Shown here: positions 48,637 to 62,529 of the stretch, one piece after another | Layout: each line of letters begins with the position of its first letter | Numbering within the stretch: the first letter of the stretch is position 1 | Assembly: GCF_963921235.1 (NCBI RefSeq) | Contig: NC_086097.1 | Location: forward strand, 64,668,001 to 64,732,000 | Direction: 5' to 3' | DNA: 64,000 nucleotides | From: Mobula hypostoma | Lineage: Eukaryota | Made by a program: the position numbers and the translations under genes | The notes under the pieces: generated by a model | Database searches by the model: none | Seen by the model: only the letters and a program-made list of their open reading frames with translations | Told to the model about the DNA's origin: nothing

Positions 48637-50064
48637 AAGAATCAATTGATTCTGGAATGGTGTCGGAGGAGTGGAAAATTGCCAATACCACTGCACTCTT
48701 TAAAAAGGGAGGGAGGAAGAAGAAAGGAAATTAGCCTGACCAATAGTTGAAAAAATGTTGGAGTCTATTATTAGGGATGAGGTTTCAAGGTACTTGGAGA
48801 TCCATGATAAAAACAGACCAAAGTCAGCATGGTTTTCTCAAGGAGAAATCTTGCCTGAAAAATGAGTTGAAATTCTTTGAAGACAAAGAAGAGTCAATGG
48901 ATGTTGCTTATTTGAATTTTCAGAAGGCCTTTGACAAGGTGCCACACTTGAGGGTGCTTAACAGATAAGAGCCTACGGTATTACAGGAAAGATGCTAGCA
49001 TAGATAGGAAACTGGCCAACTGACAGGGGGCAAAGAGTGGGCATAAAGGGGACCTTTTATTGATTGACTACCAGTGACTAATGGTGTGTCACAGGGGTCT
49101 GTTTGGGACTGCTTCATTTCATGGATAAAGGAATTGAAGGCTTTTTGGTCAAGCTTGCAGATGATATGAAGATAGGTGAAGGGCAGGTAGTGTTGAGGAA
49201 GCGGGATGTCTGTAAAAGGACTTGGACAGATTGGGGGAATAGGCAAAGATATGACTGATGGAATATGGTGTAGGGAAGTTCATGGTCATTCACTTTAGCA
49301 AAAGGAATAAAGTTGTGGACTATTTTCTAAACGGGGAGAAAATTCAAAAATCAGAGATGCAGAGGGACTTAGGACTCCTTGTGCAGGATTCCCTAAAGGT
49401 TAACTTGGGGGTAAGGAAGGCAAATGCAATGTTAGCATTCATTTTGAGAGGAATAGAATACAAAATCAAGGATGTAAGGCTGTGTCTTTATAAGGTATTG
49501 GTGAGACTGCACTTGGAGCATTTTGAGCAGTTTTGGATGCCTTATCTAAGAAAGATGTGCTGGCACTGGAAAGGGTCCAGTGGAAGTTCATGAGAATAAT
49601 CCCAGGAATGAATAGATAACATGTGAGGAGAATTTGATGGCATTTAAAAGAATGAGGGGGCATCTCACTGAAAAATATCAAATATTGAAAGGCCTACATA
49701 GCGTGGATGTGGAGAGGACGTTTTCTATAGAGGAGGAGTATACGATTAGAAGGCACAGTCTCAGAATAGAGGAATATCCATTTAGAACAGAGATGAGGAA
49801 ACATTTATTTAGCCAGAGGCTGGTGAATCTATGGAATTCATTGCCACAGACAGCTGTGCAGGCCAAGTCATTGGGTATATTGCAGGTGAAGGTTGGTAGA
49901 TTCTTGATTAATCAGCGTGTCAAAGGATACGAGGAGAATGCAGGAGAAGGGGGTTGAGATGGGCAATAGACCAGCCATGATGGAATGGCAGAGCAGACTC
50001 GATAGGTCAAATGGCCCAATTGTGCTCCAATGTCTTATAGCCCTATAGAATTGAGTATGGCACT

Positions 50065-50380
50065 ATAAGAACATTTAAAAAGAACTTACTACGTTGGAGC
50101 AGGAAAAGGAGTAGGCCATCTGGCCCATCAAGCCTGCTGCACCATTCAGTAAGATCATGCCTGATGTGCCAGTGAACTCAGCTCCACCTACCTGCCTTTT
50201 CATTATATAACCCTTAATTACAAAAAATCTATCTAACTTTGTCTTAAGTATATTTTACTGAGGTAAAGTCTACTGCTTTCCTGGGCAGAGCATTCTGCAG
50301 ATTCACAACAACCTGAGGAAAACAGTTTCTCCTCATCTATGTCCTAAATCTATTCACCTGGATCTTGAGGCTATGTCTGC
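50065..50380 (-). mobile_element. CR1 3' tail fragment
   Basis: 'ggagtaggccatctggcccatcaagcctgct..ccattca.taagatcatg' is the antisense CR1 3' UTR. Confidence 0.75.
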
Positions 50381-50449
50381 TGTTAATATAATAGTAATAT
50401 AACACCGTGACTATAATACAATAGTACATATGTAGGTACAATTTTGTTT

Positions 50450-52185
50450 GTCTTTGAATCTCTTAGTGCTGTGCTGCCTAGACCAACCCAGTTTTTCTCA
50501 ATAGTTGTGTTCTAAGACTACAGTCCCTATAGTGCCTTCTATGGGTTGCTCCCTCAATGAGACAATATGGTCAAGAGAGGCAGAATAGTGTCTACGAAAT
50601 TGATTTGAGTCAGTGGACTGGACTATATTCAGGGATTCATCTTCAAATCTGAATGAATACACCACAGTTGTCACCAACTCAATCAAGACCTGTGTGGATG
50701 TGTTTGTGAGTTAGAGAACATACCGGAATCTCCTGTGGATGAACTAGGAGATTCATAGTCTGCTTAGGAATAGATCTGTGGCATTCAAGACCGGTCATCC
50801 AGAACAATACTAGAGGTCCAGGTATGTCCTATGGAAGGCAATTTTAAGAGCAACAAAACAATTCTGATTGAAGTTAGGGACAGAAGCGGATGTGTGCCAG
50901 CTTTGACAGGGTTTGCAGGCCATTACCTCCTGCAAGGTGAAACCTAACATCCTGAATGGTAGTGATGTTTCACTCCCAGATTAGCTCAATGCCTTTTATG
51001 CTTACTTTGAAAGGGAGAATAAAACTACACCTGTGCAAATCCCTGCATCATCTGGTGACCCTGCGATCTCTGTCTTGGGAGCTGATGCTAAAACATCTTT
51101 CAAGACACTGAACACTTGCAATGTGTCAGGCCCTGATGGTGTACCTGGTTGGCACTGGAAAACTGTGCCAACCAACTGGTGGGAGTGTTCAAGGACATGT
51201 TCAATCTCTCACTGCTGCAGTTGGAGGTTCCCATCGGCTTCAAAAGGGTGACAATCATATCAGTATCCAAGAAGAGCAGAATGAGCTGCCTCAATGACTA
51301 TAGCACAGTGTGATAAAAATGCTTTGAGAGGTTGATCATGACTAGAGTCAACTCCTGCCTGAGCAAGGACCTGGACCTATTGCAATTTGTTTATCACCAC
51401 AATAGGTCTACAGTGGATGCAATCTCACCGGCTCGCCACTCAGCCTTGAACCACCTAGACAATAGTAATACCTATGTCAGGCTGCCATTTATTGATTACA
51501 GCTCAGTGTTCAACACCATCATACCCTAAGTACAAATCAACAAGCTCCAAAACCTGGGCCTCCGTACCTCCCTCTGCAAATGGATTCTTGTCTTCTTCCT
51601 GCTAGACTATTTAAGGTAACTTTTTAAATTTATTCTTCTTACATCTCTTCTAATACTGTATTGCATATCTGTGAACTTGTAATGCTACTGTGACACTAAT
51701 TTCCTTTGGGATCAATAAATTCTGTCTGTCTGTCTATCTCACAAGGAGACCACAGACAGTGAGGATCAGAAATAACATCTACTCCTCGCTGACAATCAAC
51801 ACTGGCACACCTCAAGGATTTGTGCTTAGCCCTCTGCTCTTCTCTCTCTACACCCATGACTGTGTGACTAGGTTCAGCTCAAACACCATCTATAAATTTG
51901 CAAGCGACACAACTATTGTTGGCAGAATTTCAGGTGGTGACAAGGAGGTGTACAGGAGTGAGATAGATCATCTGGTTGAGTGGGGTCAGAACAACAACCT
52001 TGCACTCAATGTCAGTAAGACCAAGGAATTGGTTGTGGACTTCAGGAAGGGTAAATTGGGTGGGGGTGGTGCTGGAAACACACTATTCCTCATCCAGGGA
52101 TCAGAAGTGGAAAGGGTAAGCAGGTTCAAGTTTCTGTGTGTCAACATCTCAGAAGATCTATCCTGGGCCCAATGTATTGATGCTG
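50450..52185 (+). mobile_element. Rex1/Babar-type LINE fragment, with another LINE tail inserted at about 51600-51738
   Basis: [72 protein letters not shown]. Confidence 0.9.
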
Positions 52186-52673
52186 AAAAACAGACACTGT
52201 TGATTTTACAGGCCTCTAAATACCGTTTTCCATTGAGGTTGATGGACTGTGAAATGTGGTAGGCTGTAAATCTATCTTTGTACAGAGGTTTGTCAATTTC
52301 CCAATCTGGCGTGTTAATTTAAAAATTTATGCTGTTGGAATGCATCCCCCTACCACACACTCCCACCTTATGAAAATTGTTAATACATTTTCATTGAAGC
52401 TGGAAAAGGTTAATGATAAACAGCTCTTAAACAAATGTAGACCAGCAAGATACAGAAGCAGGGAAAGAACAAGCAATGTGATTGGGCAAAACACAGGCAA
52501 ATAGGAATAGCTCGAGGAGGCACCTTGTTTGGCATGAACAAATGGCCCTTTTTGGTGCAGTAAGGGCCAGCTCCAGTGCTGTATAACTCTGCGATTCGGT
52601 GTGACATTGACAGTGAGTTTAATGCTTAAGTTTTAAGAAAACTTTTATGAATGGTTCAAGACAAAGTCTATGG

Positions 52674-52970
52674 AATTGAATTGACTTTATTGCTTACATT
52701 CTTCACATACATGAGGAGTAAAAATCTTTACGTTAAAACTGTCTAAATGTGCAGTATATAGTATTTTGTAATAAATAATATGTACAACAGGACAGTCAAT
52801 ATAGCATAGAAATACAATTGTATCAGCATGAATTAATCAGCCTGATGGCCTGGTGGAAGAAGCTGTCTTTTATGCTGTGGTACTGTTTCCCAGATGGTAG
52901 CAAGTGGAACAGTTTGTAGTTGCGGTGACTTGGGTCCCTAATGATCCTTTGGGCCCTCTTTACACACCTG
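52674..52970 (-). mobile_element. Rex1/Babar-type LINE 3' tail
   Basis: (attga)n tail with 'ctttatt' (AATAAA on the minus strand); 'gatggcctggtggaagaagctg'. Confidence 0.7.
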
Positions 52971-53925
52971 ATTCATGTTTTTACCAAATGTTCAACTGGA
53001 AAAGGGTACTAAAGTGAGGTGATAACTTTGTGGCTCTGAACATGTGGCAAACTGAATTGATCCAGAAGTAATATCTCTGAAAGATCATGAGCAAAGATGG
53101 GAAACTAGTAATAAAGTGGGAGCATGGAGTTACAAATGGATAAATATAATTTAAGTGTGGCAAATAAAATTCCATGTGGAGAATTGTTAGTTAATCAACT
53201 TTGCCTCCAAATAAAACAAACTGGATTATTTTTAACTGCGTGAATTCTGGTGGACCAAAATGACCATCACAATTCCTAATCTCATACCTAAAAATGTCCA
53301 CGTCAGTACATCAAAGAGTTGGTCATATTGTGTAAAATACCATCAAAATAGGTGATAGTATGAAAACATTTACCTAATGGTGGCTAAAAAAAATGAGGAA
53401 AACTGTGAAAACCTTGTTTAGATCCCATGCGGAGTATTATTTTCACTTTTGTCTATTGCTTCTGGGGAAGGACTTATCGTTCTAAATTTTACTTTGAGAG
53501 ATGTCAAGCTGGTACTTTCTACAGTCCTCAAGCGTTCCCTAGCACCAACTGCAGTTACCACCAGCTTTAGTTGCTGGGGTTGGTTGTCAGAATTAGGTCT
53601 GTGACACCAACAGCAGCAATACTATCTTACTAATGAGCAGCCAAGTTTTATTTATAAAACAAAAGGATTGCAAATTACACCGATTGTTAAAAGTATAAAT
53701 ATTATATACAACGTTTTTATCTTTATTATTTTTAAACCCATTGACCTTAAAACTATTTTGATGAAAGTGTCAATCCAGAGAAATAAAAGTAGTTTCACAG
53801 CAACATTGATCAAAGTAACTATACTTATTAAGTATTTTTATTAAGTTCTCAGTTACATCTTATTAACAAAACCCGACCTTTCAGAGATTTTTTTTGTTAC
53901 AAGAATATTTCACAAGAGGTTTAGG

Positions 53926-54192
53926 TATTTATTGAGCCAGGTCCCTTCCCACCCTTTGAGCTGTGCCAATTTAACCCGAGCCTAATTACAGGACAATTTA
54001 CAATGGACAATTATCCTACTAACTGGTACATCTTTGGACTGTGGGAAGAAATTGAAGCACCAGGAGAAAACCAGCACATTCCACAGGGAGGAAATACAGA
54101 CTCTTTAGAGATAATGTTGGAATTGAACTCTGAACTCTAACACCCCGAAGCTGTAATAGCGTCGCTCTAACCGCTATGCTACCGTGGCACCC
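53926..54192 (-). mobile_element. V-SINE (HE1/HER-like)
   Basis: Minus-strand head 'ggtgccacggtagcatagcggttagagcg...gagttcaattcc'; same family as 28541-28839. Confidence 0.85.
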
Positions 54193-54197
54193 AATAT

Positions 54198-54688
54198 ACT
54201 ACCCTGAGATTAATTTTTTGTGGGCATTCACAGTACATACAAAGAAACACAATATAATCAATGGATAACTACTCACAAAGATGGAGGGACAAACAACTAA
54301 TGTGCAGAAAACAATAAATTGTGCAAATACAGAAATAGATAAGTAAATAAATATTGAGAACATCAATTGTAGGGTCCTTGAAAGTGAGTTCATAGGTTGT
54401 GGAAACAGTTCAATGTTGGGGTGAGTGAAGTTATCCCCACTGGCTCAGCAGCCAGATAACTGTAGTAACTGTTCCTGAACCTGCTGATGTGGGACCTAAG
54501 GCTTCCACACCTCCTTGCTGATGGCAGCAATGAGAAGAGAACATGGCCTGGATGTTTGGGGTCCTTGACGATGGACTCAGTTTTCCTGTGACGATGCTCC
54601 TTGTAGATGTACTCAGTGCTGGAGAGGGCTTTACTCACGATGGGCTGGGATGTATCCACTACTTTTTGTAGGCTTTTCTGTTTAAGGG
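54198..54688 (-). mobile_element. Rex1/Babar-type LINE 3' end
   Basis: ORF 54390-54659 reads IVKDPKHPGHVLFSLLPSARRCGSLRSHISRFRNSYY. Confidence 0.82.
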
Positions 54689-55917
54689 CAAGTGGCTCAA
54701 AGAGACTGCAACATCACTCTGAAAGTAACTTTTGTATTTCCATATTTCACTGTACACCCACTTACACTGGAATTTTCTCCAGTTTAATGTTGAACACTCA
54801 TAGTCTCATTATAATTCTTGTGGCAAAGTCAGAGACAAATGCAAAGAGCACACCACAGAATGATGATTTTCAGGGTTAACATGAAGGCCAAACTTTAATG
54901 AGGATCTTATTAAGTAGGGCAGCAAAAATGCCCTTCTCTTCAGATCCTTTCCCCAGTCACTAACCTATCATGTCCCTGTGTACCTACATCTACACTACCC
55001 GTCATCCTTAATTGGCCTTCTACAAAACTAGTCAGAGATAGCAATAAAATGTTCCAGAAATTTGATCACATCCTGTTCCTGGACACGTTTGTCTTCTCGA
55101 TTTTAATCTGTCTTTAAAATGAAGTTTTGTCATCTGTGTACTTGTTGCCTCCTTCCTTGCTGGCCCATTGCACTTTAATCACATCCTTATCTTTGTCCCT
55201 TCAATTTCTGATAACTGAAATCATCAGACCTGGCTGTCAATAGTTACATTGTGGACAAGGGGCACCATCCAGTTAACTTTCTTCACCTTCACAGGCAACA
55301 GTCCACATTCCATGCTATGACAGAAGATTATCAGAATAGTCTGACAATCGGTCTCCTACTCCCTTTGATTGATCTACAGGAGGGATTGGGGCGGTCTCTA
55401 TTTGAACAGCTCCAAGGACCTCACCCTGGTGACATCCCCTTCTGCACTGTTCTTACAATCACAGACCTGACCACTGAAAGTGTCCAGTTCATTTGTGTTC
55501 ACACCCCATTCAGGCTGCCTTCCGGCGCTCTGTGCAATATCTTCTCACTCAGTGTGCCTTGCCATTGAGATCGTGGAACTTGATGTCTCTGTTGTAACTT
55601 GTATCCCTTCCTGTCTATTTTCCAAACATCTTTCTATTCTGTTCTATATAATTGATTATCTAGATCACAGAACCAGCCTTTATTTCAAAGTCCCAATACT
55701 ATTATCCTTTAACACTTTATTCACAGTTTGCTGACATGGTCTACCTGAGTCTTCTGCATTTGAGTTCCCGTTCCTTTCATTATTTAATTTCCTGAAATGA
55801 GATTAGTGGGCTGACTCACATTTCTGCCTCCTCCCTTTGGTTCTCTATGGTCAGCAATGGTGAAGACTCATTTGCATTCTACCAGACACATGCTGGACTT
55901 CAAACATGTTACACATT

Positions 55918-57241
55918 TAGTCATAGTCATACTTTATTGATCCCGGAGGAAATTGGTTTTCGTTACAGTTGCACCATAAATAATAAATAGTAATAGAACC
56001 ATAAATAGTTAAATAGTAATATGTAAATTATGCCAGTAAATTATGAAATAAGTCCAGGACCAGCCTATTGGCTTAAGGTGTCTGACCCTCCAAGGGAGGA
56101 GTTGTAAAGTTTGATGGCCACAGGCAGGAATGACTTCCTATGACGCTCTGTGCTGCATCTTGGTGGAATGAGTCTCTGGCTGAATGTACTCCTGTGCCCA
56201 ACCAGTACATTATGTAGTGGATGGGAGACATTGATCAAGATGGTGTGCAACTTAGACAGCATCCTCTTTTCAGACACCACCGTGAGAGAGTCCAGTTCCA
56301 ACCCCACAACATCACTGGCCTTACGAATGAGTTTGTTGATTCTGTTGGTGTCTGCTACCCTCAGCCTGCTGCCCCAGCACACAACAGTAGGCATGATAGC
56401 ACTGGCCACCACAGACTCGTAGAATATCCTCAGCATCGTCCGGCAGATGTTAAAGGACCTCAATCCCCTCAGGAAATAGAGACGGCTCTGACCCTTCTTG
56501 TAGACAGCCTCAGTGTTCTTTGACCAATCCAGTTTATTGTCAATTCGTATCCCCAGGTATTTGTAATCCTCCACCATGTCCACACTAACCCCCTGGATGG
56601 AAACAGGAGTCACCAGTACCTTAGCTCTCCTCAGGTCTACCACCAGCTCCTTAGTCTTTTTCACATTAAGCTGCAGATAATTCTGCTCACACCATGTGAC
56701 AAAGTTTCCTACCGTAGCCCTGTACTCAGCCTCATCTCCCTTGCTGATGCATCCAACTATGGCAGAGTCATTCAAAAACTTCTGAAGATGACAAGACTCT
56801 GTGCAGTAGTTGAAGTCTGAGGTGTAAATGGTGAAGAGAAAGGGAGACAAAACAGTCCCCTGTGGAGCCCCAGTGCTGCTGATCACTCTGTCGGACACAC
56901 AGTGTTGCAAGCACACGTACTGTGGTCTGCCAGTCAGGTAATCAAGAGTACATGATACCAGGGAAGCATCCACCTGCATCGTTGTCAGCTTCACCCACAG
57001 CAGAGCAGGGCGGATGGTGTTGAACGCACTGGAGAAGTCAAAAAACATGACTCTCACAGTGCTCACTGGCTTGTCCAGGTGGGCATAGACACGGTTCAGC
57101 AGGTAGACAATGGCATCCTTAACTCCTAGTTGGGGCTGGTAGGCGAACTGGGGGGGATCTAAGTGTGGCCTGACCATAGGCCAGGTCAGCTCCAGAACAA
57201 GTCTCTTCAGGGTCTTCATGATGTGGGAGGTCAATGCCACC
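55918..57241 (-). mobile_element. Young 5'-truncated Rex1/Babar-type LINE
   Basis: Uninterrupted 391-codon RT ORF; 3' UTR with AATAAA and a (tatgac)n tail. Confidence 0.95.
56065..57240 (-). pseudogene. Rex1-type reverse transcriptase (partial; catalytic motif altered to FLND)
   Basis: ALTSHIMKTL..QFAYQP..FFDFSSAFNTI..GAPQGTVLSP..QKFLNDSAIVG..YKYLG; lacks the N-terminal half and a true start. Confidence 0.9.
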
Positions 57242-57384
57242 TAGGAGAATTCTAGGAGAAATGAAGGACCTGAATCCTGGCTACTCAGTTGCATTTAATG
57301 AGGCACACACTGTGGCAATGCCTCAATTCTGCAAACCATATAAATATTTTAACTTTACGGAACAGTTTTGTTAGGAAAAGCAAT

Positions 57385-58945
57385 GTTCTCCCCATAACCT
57401 TTCTCGCATTAACTAATCAAGAACCTATCAACATCCGCCTTAAATGCATCCAGTGACCTGCCCTCCACAGCTTCCTGTGGAATGGATTCCACAGATTTAC
57501 CAACCTCTGGCTAAAGAAATTCCTCCTTATCTCTGCTCTAAATGGACATGACTCTATTTTGAGGCTGTGCCCTTTTATCCTAGACTTCCCCCACCACCAC
57601 TTCAAATCTACACTACTTAGGCCTTTCATGGGTTTCAATGAGATTCCCCCCTCATTTTTCCTAAATTCCAGCAAATACAGGCCCAGAGCCTTCAAGTACT
57701 CACATATGATAACACTTTCATTCCTGGAATCATTCTTGCGAACCTCCTCTGATCCCTCTGCATATTCTTTCTTAAATAAAGAGCCAAAAACTGCACACAA
57801 CTACTCCAATACTCCTCATCAGTACCTTATACAGCATTAGCACACATCTTTGCTTTTATATTCTAGTCCTCTTGAAATGAAGGCTAACATTTCATTTGCC
57901 TTCCTCACCACCGATTCAACCTGCAAATTAACCTTTAGGGAATCTTGCATGAGGAGTCGTAAATCCCTTTGCAATTAAGATTTTTTAAATTTTCTCCCTG
58001 ATTATAAAATAGTTGATGCTTTTATTCCTTCTCCCAAAGTGCATGACCATACACTTCCTGACACAGTATTCCATCTGCCACCTCTGCCCATTCTCCTAAT
58101 CTGTCTGTCCTTCTGCAGCCTCTCTGCTTCCTTAAGACTACCTGCCCCTCCACCTAGCTTCATATTGTCCACAAACCTGGCCTCAAAGCCATCAATTCTG
58201 TCATCAATATCATTGGCATACAATGGAAAAGGAGGCGGTCCCAATACAGACCCCTGTGGAACAGCACTAGTCATTGGCAGTTAATCTGAAAAGGATCCCT
58301 TTATTCCCACTCTTTACTTCCTGACAATCAGCCAATGTTCTATCCATGCTAGTATCTTTCCTGTAATACCATGGACTTTTATCTTACTTAGCAGTCTCAT
58401 GAGTGGCACCTTGTCAAGGCCTTTTGAAAAATTCAAGTACACAACATCCAGCAATTCTCCTTTGTCTATTGTGCTTGTTATTTCTTCAAAGAATTCAAAA
58501 AGATTTTTCAGGTAAGATTTTCCCTTAGGGAAACCATATTGACTTTACCCTATTTTGTCATGTGCCTCCATGTATCCTGAAAGCACACTCTCAACAATTG
58601 ACTCCAATATCTTCCCAACCACTGAGATCAGGTAAACTGAGCTATAATTTCCTTTCTTCTGCCTCTGTGAGTGGAGAGTGGAGTGACATTTGCAATTTTA
58701 CAGACTCAGGAATCATTCCAGAATCTAGCAATTCTTAAAAGATCATTAATGCCTCCAAAATTGTTTCAGTTACCATGGGTGGGCGGTATCCATCTGGTCC
58801 AGGTGACTAGTTTTCCTTCAGACCTTTCAGTTTCCCCAGCACCTTCTCCCTAGTAATAGCAACTGCACCCACTTCTTGCCCTGACACTCTTCAACTTCCA
58901 TACTGCTAGTGTCTTCCATAATGAAGACCAATGCAAAATACTTAT
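57385..58945 (-). mobile_element. CR1 LINE fragment
   Basis: SAVPQGSVLGP..YANDIDD..RFVDNMKLGG; FRAEIRRNFFSQRLVNLWN. Confidence 0.88.
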
Positions 58946-59164
58946 TCAGTTTGCCCGCCACTGCCACTGTTCCTCCAGGCTCTGGGTCTTAAACTACCCA
59001 GCTTTGACCTTTCCCTGTTTAACCTTCTCAAATTTATGGAGTATATACCCTGCGAATTCTCCCCTCTTCATAATTAAACCCATGATGTTGCTATGTCTTT
59101 TTTAGATATAAATTTAAATATTTCTGTAGTATTGCCTCTCTTTGGCTTTGATTCTACGATTTTT

Positions 59165-59167
<3 letters not shown>

Positions 59168-59205
<38 letters not shown>

Positions 59206-59216
59206 ACACACACACT
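59168..59216. repeat. (CA)n microsatellite
   Basis: Visible dinucleotide run. Confidence 0.97.
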
Positions 59217-59467
59217 TACAAGCAATGCATTTGCCATTAGTTCAACAAACAGGTATACGTGCACCGTCTGGTGTTTGAATGTTATCTTCCACATTACCCA
59301 AGGCTTCTCAGTAGCCACACTGCACTTACACCGCTGCCCACCGAACGAATATACACACACCCCGCTGGTATCCCGAAATGGTCAGTGACAACCTATCACA
59401 AGTGGCGGCCCTGACTATCCAGTACTGTCTGGTAGCTGGTCCCTTACATAAACACACAAGCACACAC

Positions 59468-59785
59468 AGTCAAGTCAAGTCAAGTCACTTTTTATTGTCA
59501 TTTCGACCATAACTGCTGGTACAGTACACAGTAAAAACGAGACAATGTTTTTCAGGACCATGATGCTACATGAAACGATACAAAAACTACACTGAACTAT
59601 GTAAAACAACACAAAAACTACACTAGACTACAGGCCTACCCAGAATAGCATGAAGTGCACAAAACAGTGCAGGCATTACAATAAATAATAAACAAGACAA
59701 TATGCACAGTAGAGGGCAGTAGGTTGGTGTCAGTCCAGGCTCTGAGTATTGAGGAGTCTGATGGCTTGGGGGAAGAAACTGTTAC
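59468..59785 (-). mobile_element. Rex1/Babar-type LINE 3' tail
   Basis: (agtca)n tail, 'tttattgtcat', 'gatggcttgggggaagaaactgtt'. Confidence 0.75.
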
Positions 59786-60165
59786 AAACTACATGTTCAC
59801 ATCTACCTCACCACCTCACTGCTGTGTTCTTTGTTACTTCATGACCCCATGGTCACTGGCCCAATCAGACCTATGCAAGGGGAGTCACAATTAGAAACAC
59901 TCACCCTCACCTTAGACGGCTGATGTCGCTGGCTATGTAATTGGGATGGGAACACATCCTAGATGAGCCCCCAAATGTGGTGACTGAATTCAAAGCTTCT
60001 GGAGAGACCCTGAAAGTCTTTTTTAAAATTACAACAAACAGATGTTTTTCTGGAGACTCTCTCGGTAGAGTCCCCCAAATTCAAAAGTACATCACATTTT
60101 TATACGCTAACAATCAATAGGTGATTCAATATAGTTCAATAGTTACAATGAAATTGTTTATTTCA

Positions 60166-60590
60166 ATAAGACTATGAGACAAAGAAGCAGAAGTCGGCCA
60201 TTTGGTCCATCGAGTCTGCTCCGCCATTTTATCATGAGCTGATCCATTCTCCCATTTAGTCCCACTCCCCTGTCTTCTCACCATAACCTTTGATGCCCTG
60301 GCTACTCAGATACCTATCAATCTCTTCCTTAAATACACCCAATGACTTGGCCTCCACTGCCGCCCGTGGCAACAAATTCCATAGATTCACCACCTTCTGG
60401 CTAAAAAAATGTCTTCGCATCTCTGTTCTGAATGGGTGCCCTTCAATCCTTAAGTCATGCCCTCTCGTACTAGACTTCCCCTTCATGGGAAACAACTTTG
60501 CCACATCCACTCTGTCCATGCCTTTCAACATTCGCAATGTTTCTATGAGGTCCCCCCTCATTTTTCTAAACTCCAAGGAATACAGTCCAA
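60166..60590 (-). mobile_element. Young 5'-truncated CR1 LINE
   Basis: Uninterrupted GLYSLEFRKMRGDLIET...FFSQKVVNLWNLLP...GYGEK. Confidence 0.92.
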
Positions 60591-62529
60591 TACCTTGGGT
60601 TGACAAGGCTTCCTTTAAATTGTATAGCTACACTTGGAGACACCACTAAATTTTCAAACACCCCTGCTGGGAAAAATAATTGACACAGATATTCTAAACA
60701 CTTTTGTGGAAAGAAATCTCAGACAACCAAAATTAAGGTCTTTAGGGCTGTCTCTGAGTTCAGAAATATCCCAAGAACACCAAAAGAATGATTGATTGCC
60801 TCTACCTGTGACCATATTTGATATGCTAAGTGACAACATCCATCTGGTCTGCCAGCTTGAACTCAGTTACAATGGTGCAAATAACTTTGCACATGTTGCC
60901 TGGTTTGATGTCAGCTAATTACCATAACTCTATTGTCTTAATGTTTGACTGATGCATATGCAAAAATGTGATTCATGGTCACCATTTAACAAACCATATC
61001 TCATAATCTGTGGGCCAGCCTGTGCTTTTAACTTCACTTTACTGCTTGCAATTTACAATAAGAAATGGTTTTCGTTTGAATGAATATCTGCCATAGTTTT
61101 CTAACTAGTTTTGGCCATTCAGCCATAAAATCAAAAGCTTTGTTTCACCTGGAAGTTAATTGAAGTCTCAAACTGTCTCATCCCAATAAAAGAGTCAATT
61201 GAAACTTCCAAGAATTAAATGAACTTATCTTTAATAGTTGATCACTGATCTTAATGAAATATGAATCAGGACAATGGGATAGTACAGCCATCCTTTGTTC
61301 CAGCAAAGGGGCAAAAAACAAGAAATATTTAATCAATCTTGTTGCTTTTGATTGATGATCTGTTCAGGGGGTGTCCTGTTCCTCTTTGAACAGTATAGTA
61401 CAATCTTTTATGTTTTCTGAAACAGGCAGATGAGATCTGCTTAAAAGCATGGATAATCAGATTAAAGAGACAGATAATCAAGGTATTAACTGTACTTGTA
61501 TTCTATTATTGGGTAGATGAATTCTTTCCAGGTGTCCACATTGCAAGACGGTTATTCCGATTCTGTAGCCCAGAAGGTTAAATGAAGAAATTACTTGAAT
61601 AGTCACCCAACCTTTTTAAAAAAATGGAACTGGTTGCGTAAAGATAGCCTGGGAAAATATTCACAATACTATTTGAGCTTACTTTGTTGTCCAGGCTTTG
61701 GGACTAATACTTAATCTTGGAATCCTGATGCAATCTCTTTATCATTGGTTGGTGAGTTCTGTGCACAGCAAAGTCTCCCTGGGACTCATAAATAAATGAA
61801 CAATGAGGTTATCTTATCTAAGAACCTTTTCTTAATGTTGCTCGTAACAATAATTTAGTTCCTTTTTTCTCCTGCTTGTAGACTCCATGCAGTGGATTTA
61901 AAAGAAATGACCTTAAATGCAGCTCTGTTTACACTCTTCCTCCTAAGCAGCTGCAATGAAGAAGGCAAATAGTGGATTAACAGCGGTACCTTTTGTAAGA
62001 CTGACGAGTCTGTAAAATATGCTCAGGGGAGACCAAACAAAGCCTGTAATTAGTGCAGAAATATAGCCTTTTGCCTAATTCATTTTAGTTTAGCGAGCTG
62101 AAGATATTGAAATATCACTCCTTTGATTGAGGGTTTTGCAAATACATTGCAATGGAATTGAGCAGTTGCCAGATACAAATTCACCAAGTAAACAACAGCT
62201 CAGTCAAAAGAAAGGGATGATTTAGGTGGCATTGATTAAACGAAGTAATAGTTTTGCTTTTAAATTATTCTAAATACGAATTAAGTACTTAAAGTATCAA
62301 TCAACTGAATGCAATTATTTAATATGGCATCAGAACAAATCAAGGTCACAATGGAAGCTGTCAGTCATATTTTTCTGAGAAGATTTTATCTACACTAAAC
62401 AATGAATTAGAAGATCATGTTGTTAATGCATTTCTTTGCTGTTTACTTTTAACTTTTCATTTTTATTATCCATTACAATCAGCAGTTGTGAATCTGATAT
62501 TTTCGTACACGTAGGTATGTGACATAAGG

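Larger units (their letters stand above)
41093..50045 (+). mobile_element. Older near full-length CR1 LINE, split into 41093-43257, 47318-47546 and 48637-50045
   Basis: ORF1 is followed by endonuclease remnants (IYRP, IMGDFNM). '...gatgaacttagtaac' rejoins 'tattttgcctcagtcttcactgtggaagac' at 47318. RT motifs AYLNFQKAFDKVPH and KLADD; C-terminus LVNLWNSLP. Confidence 0.88.
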
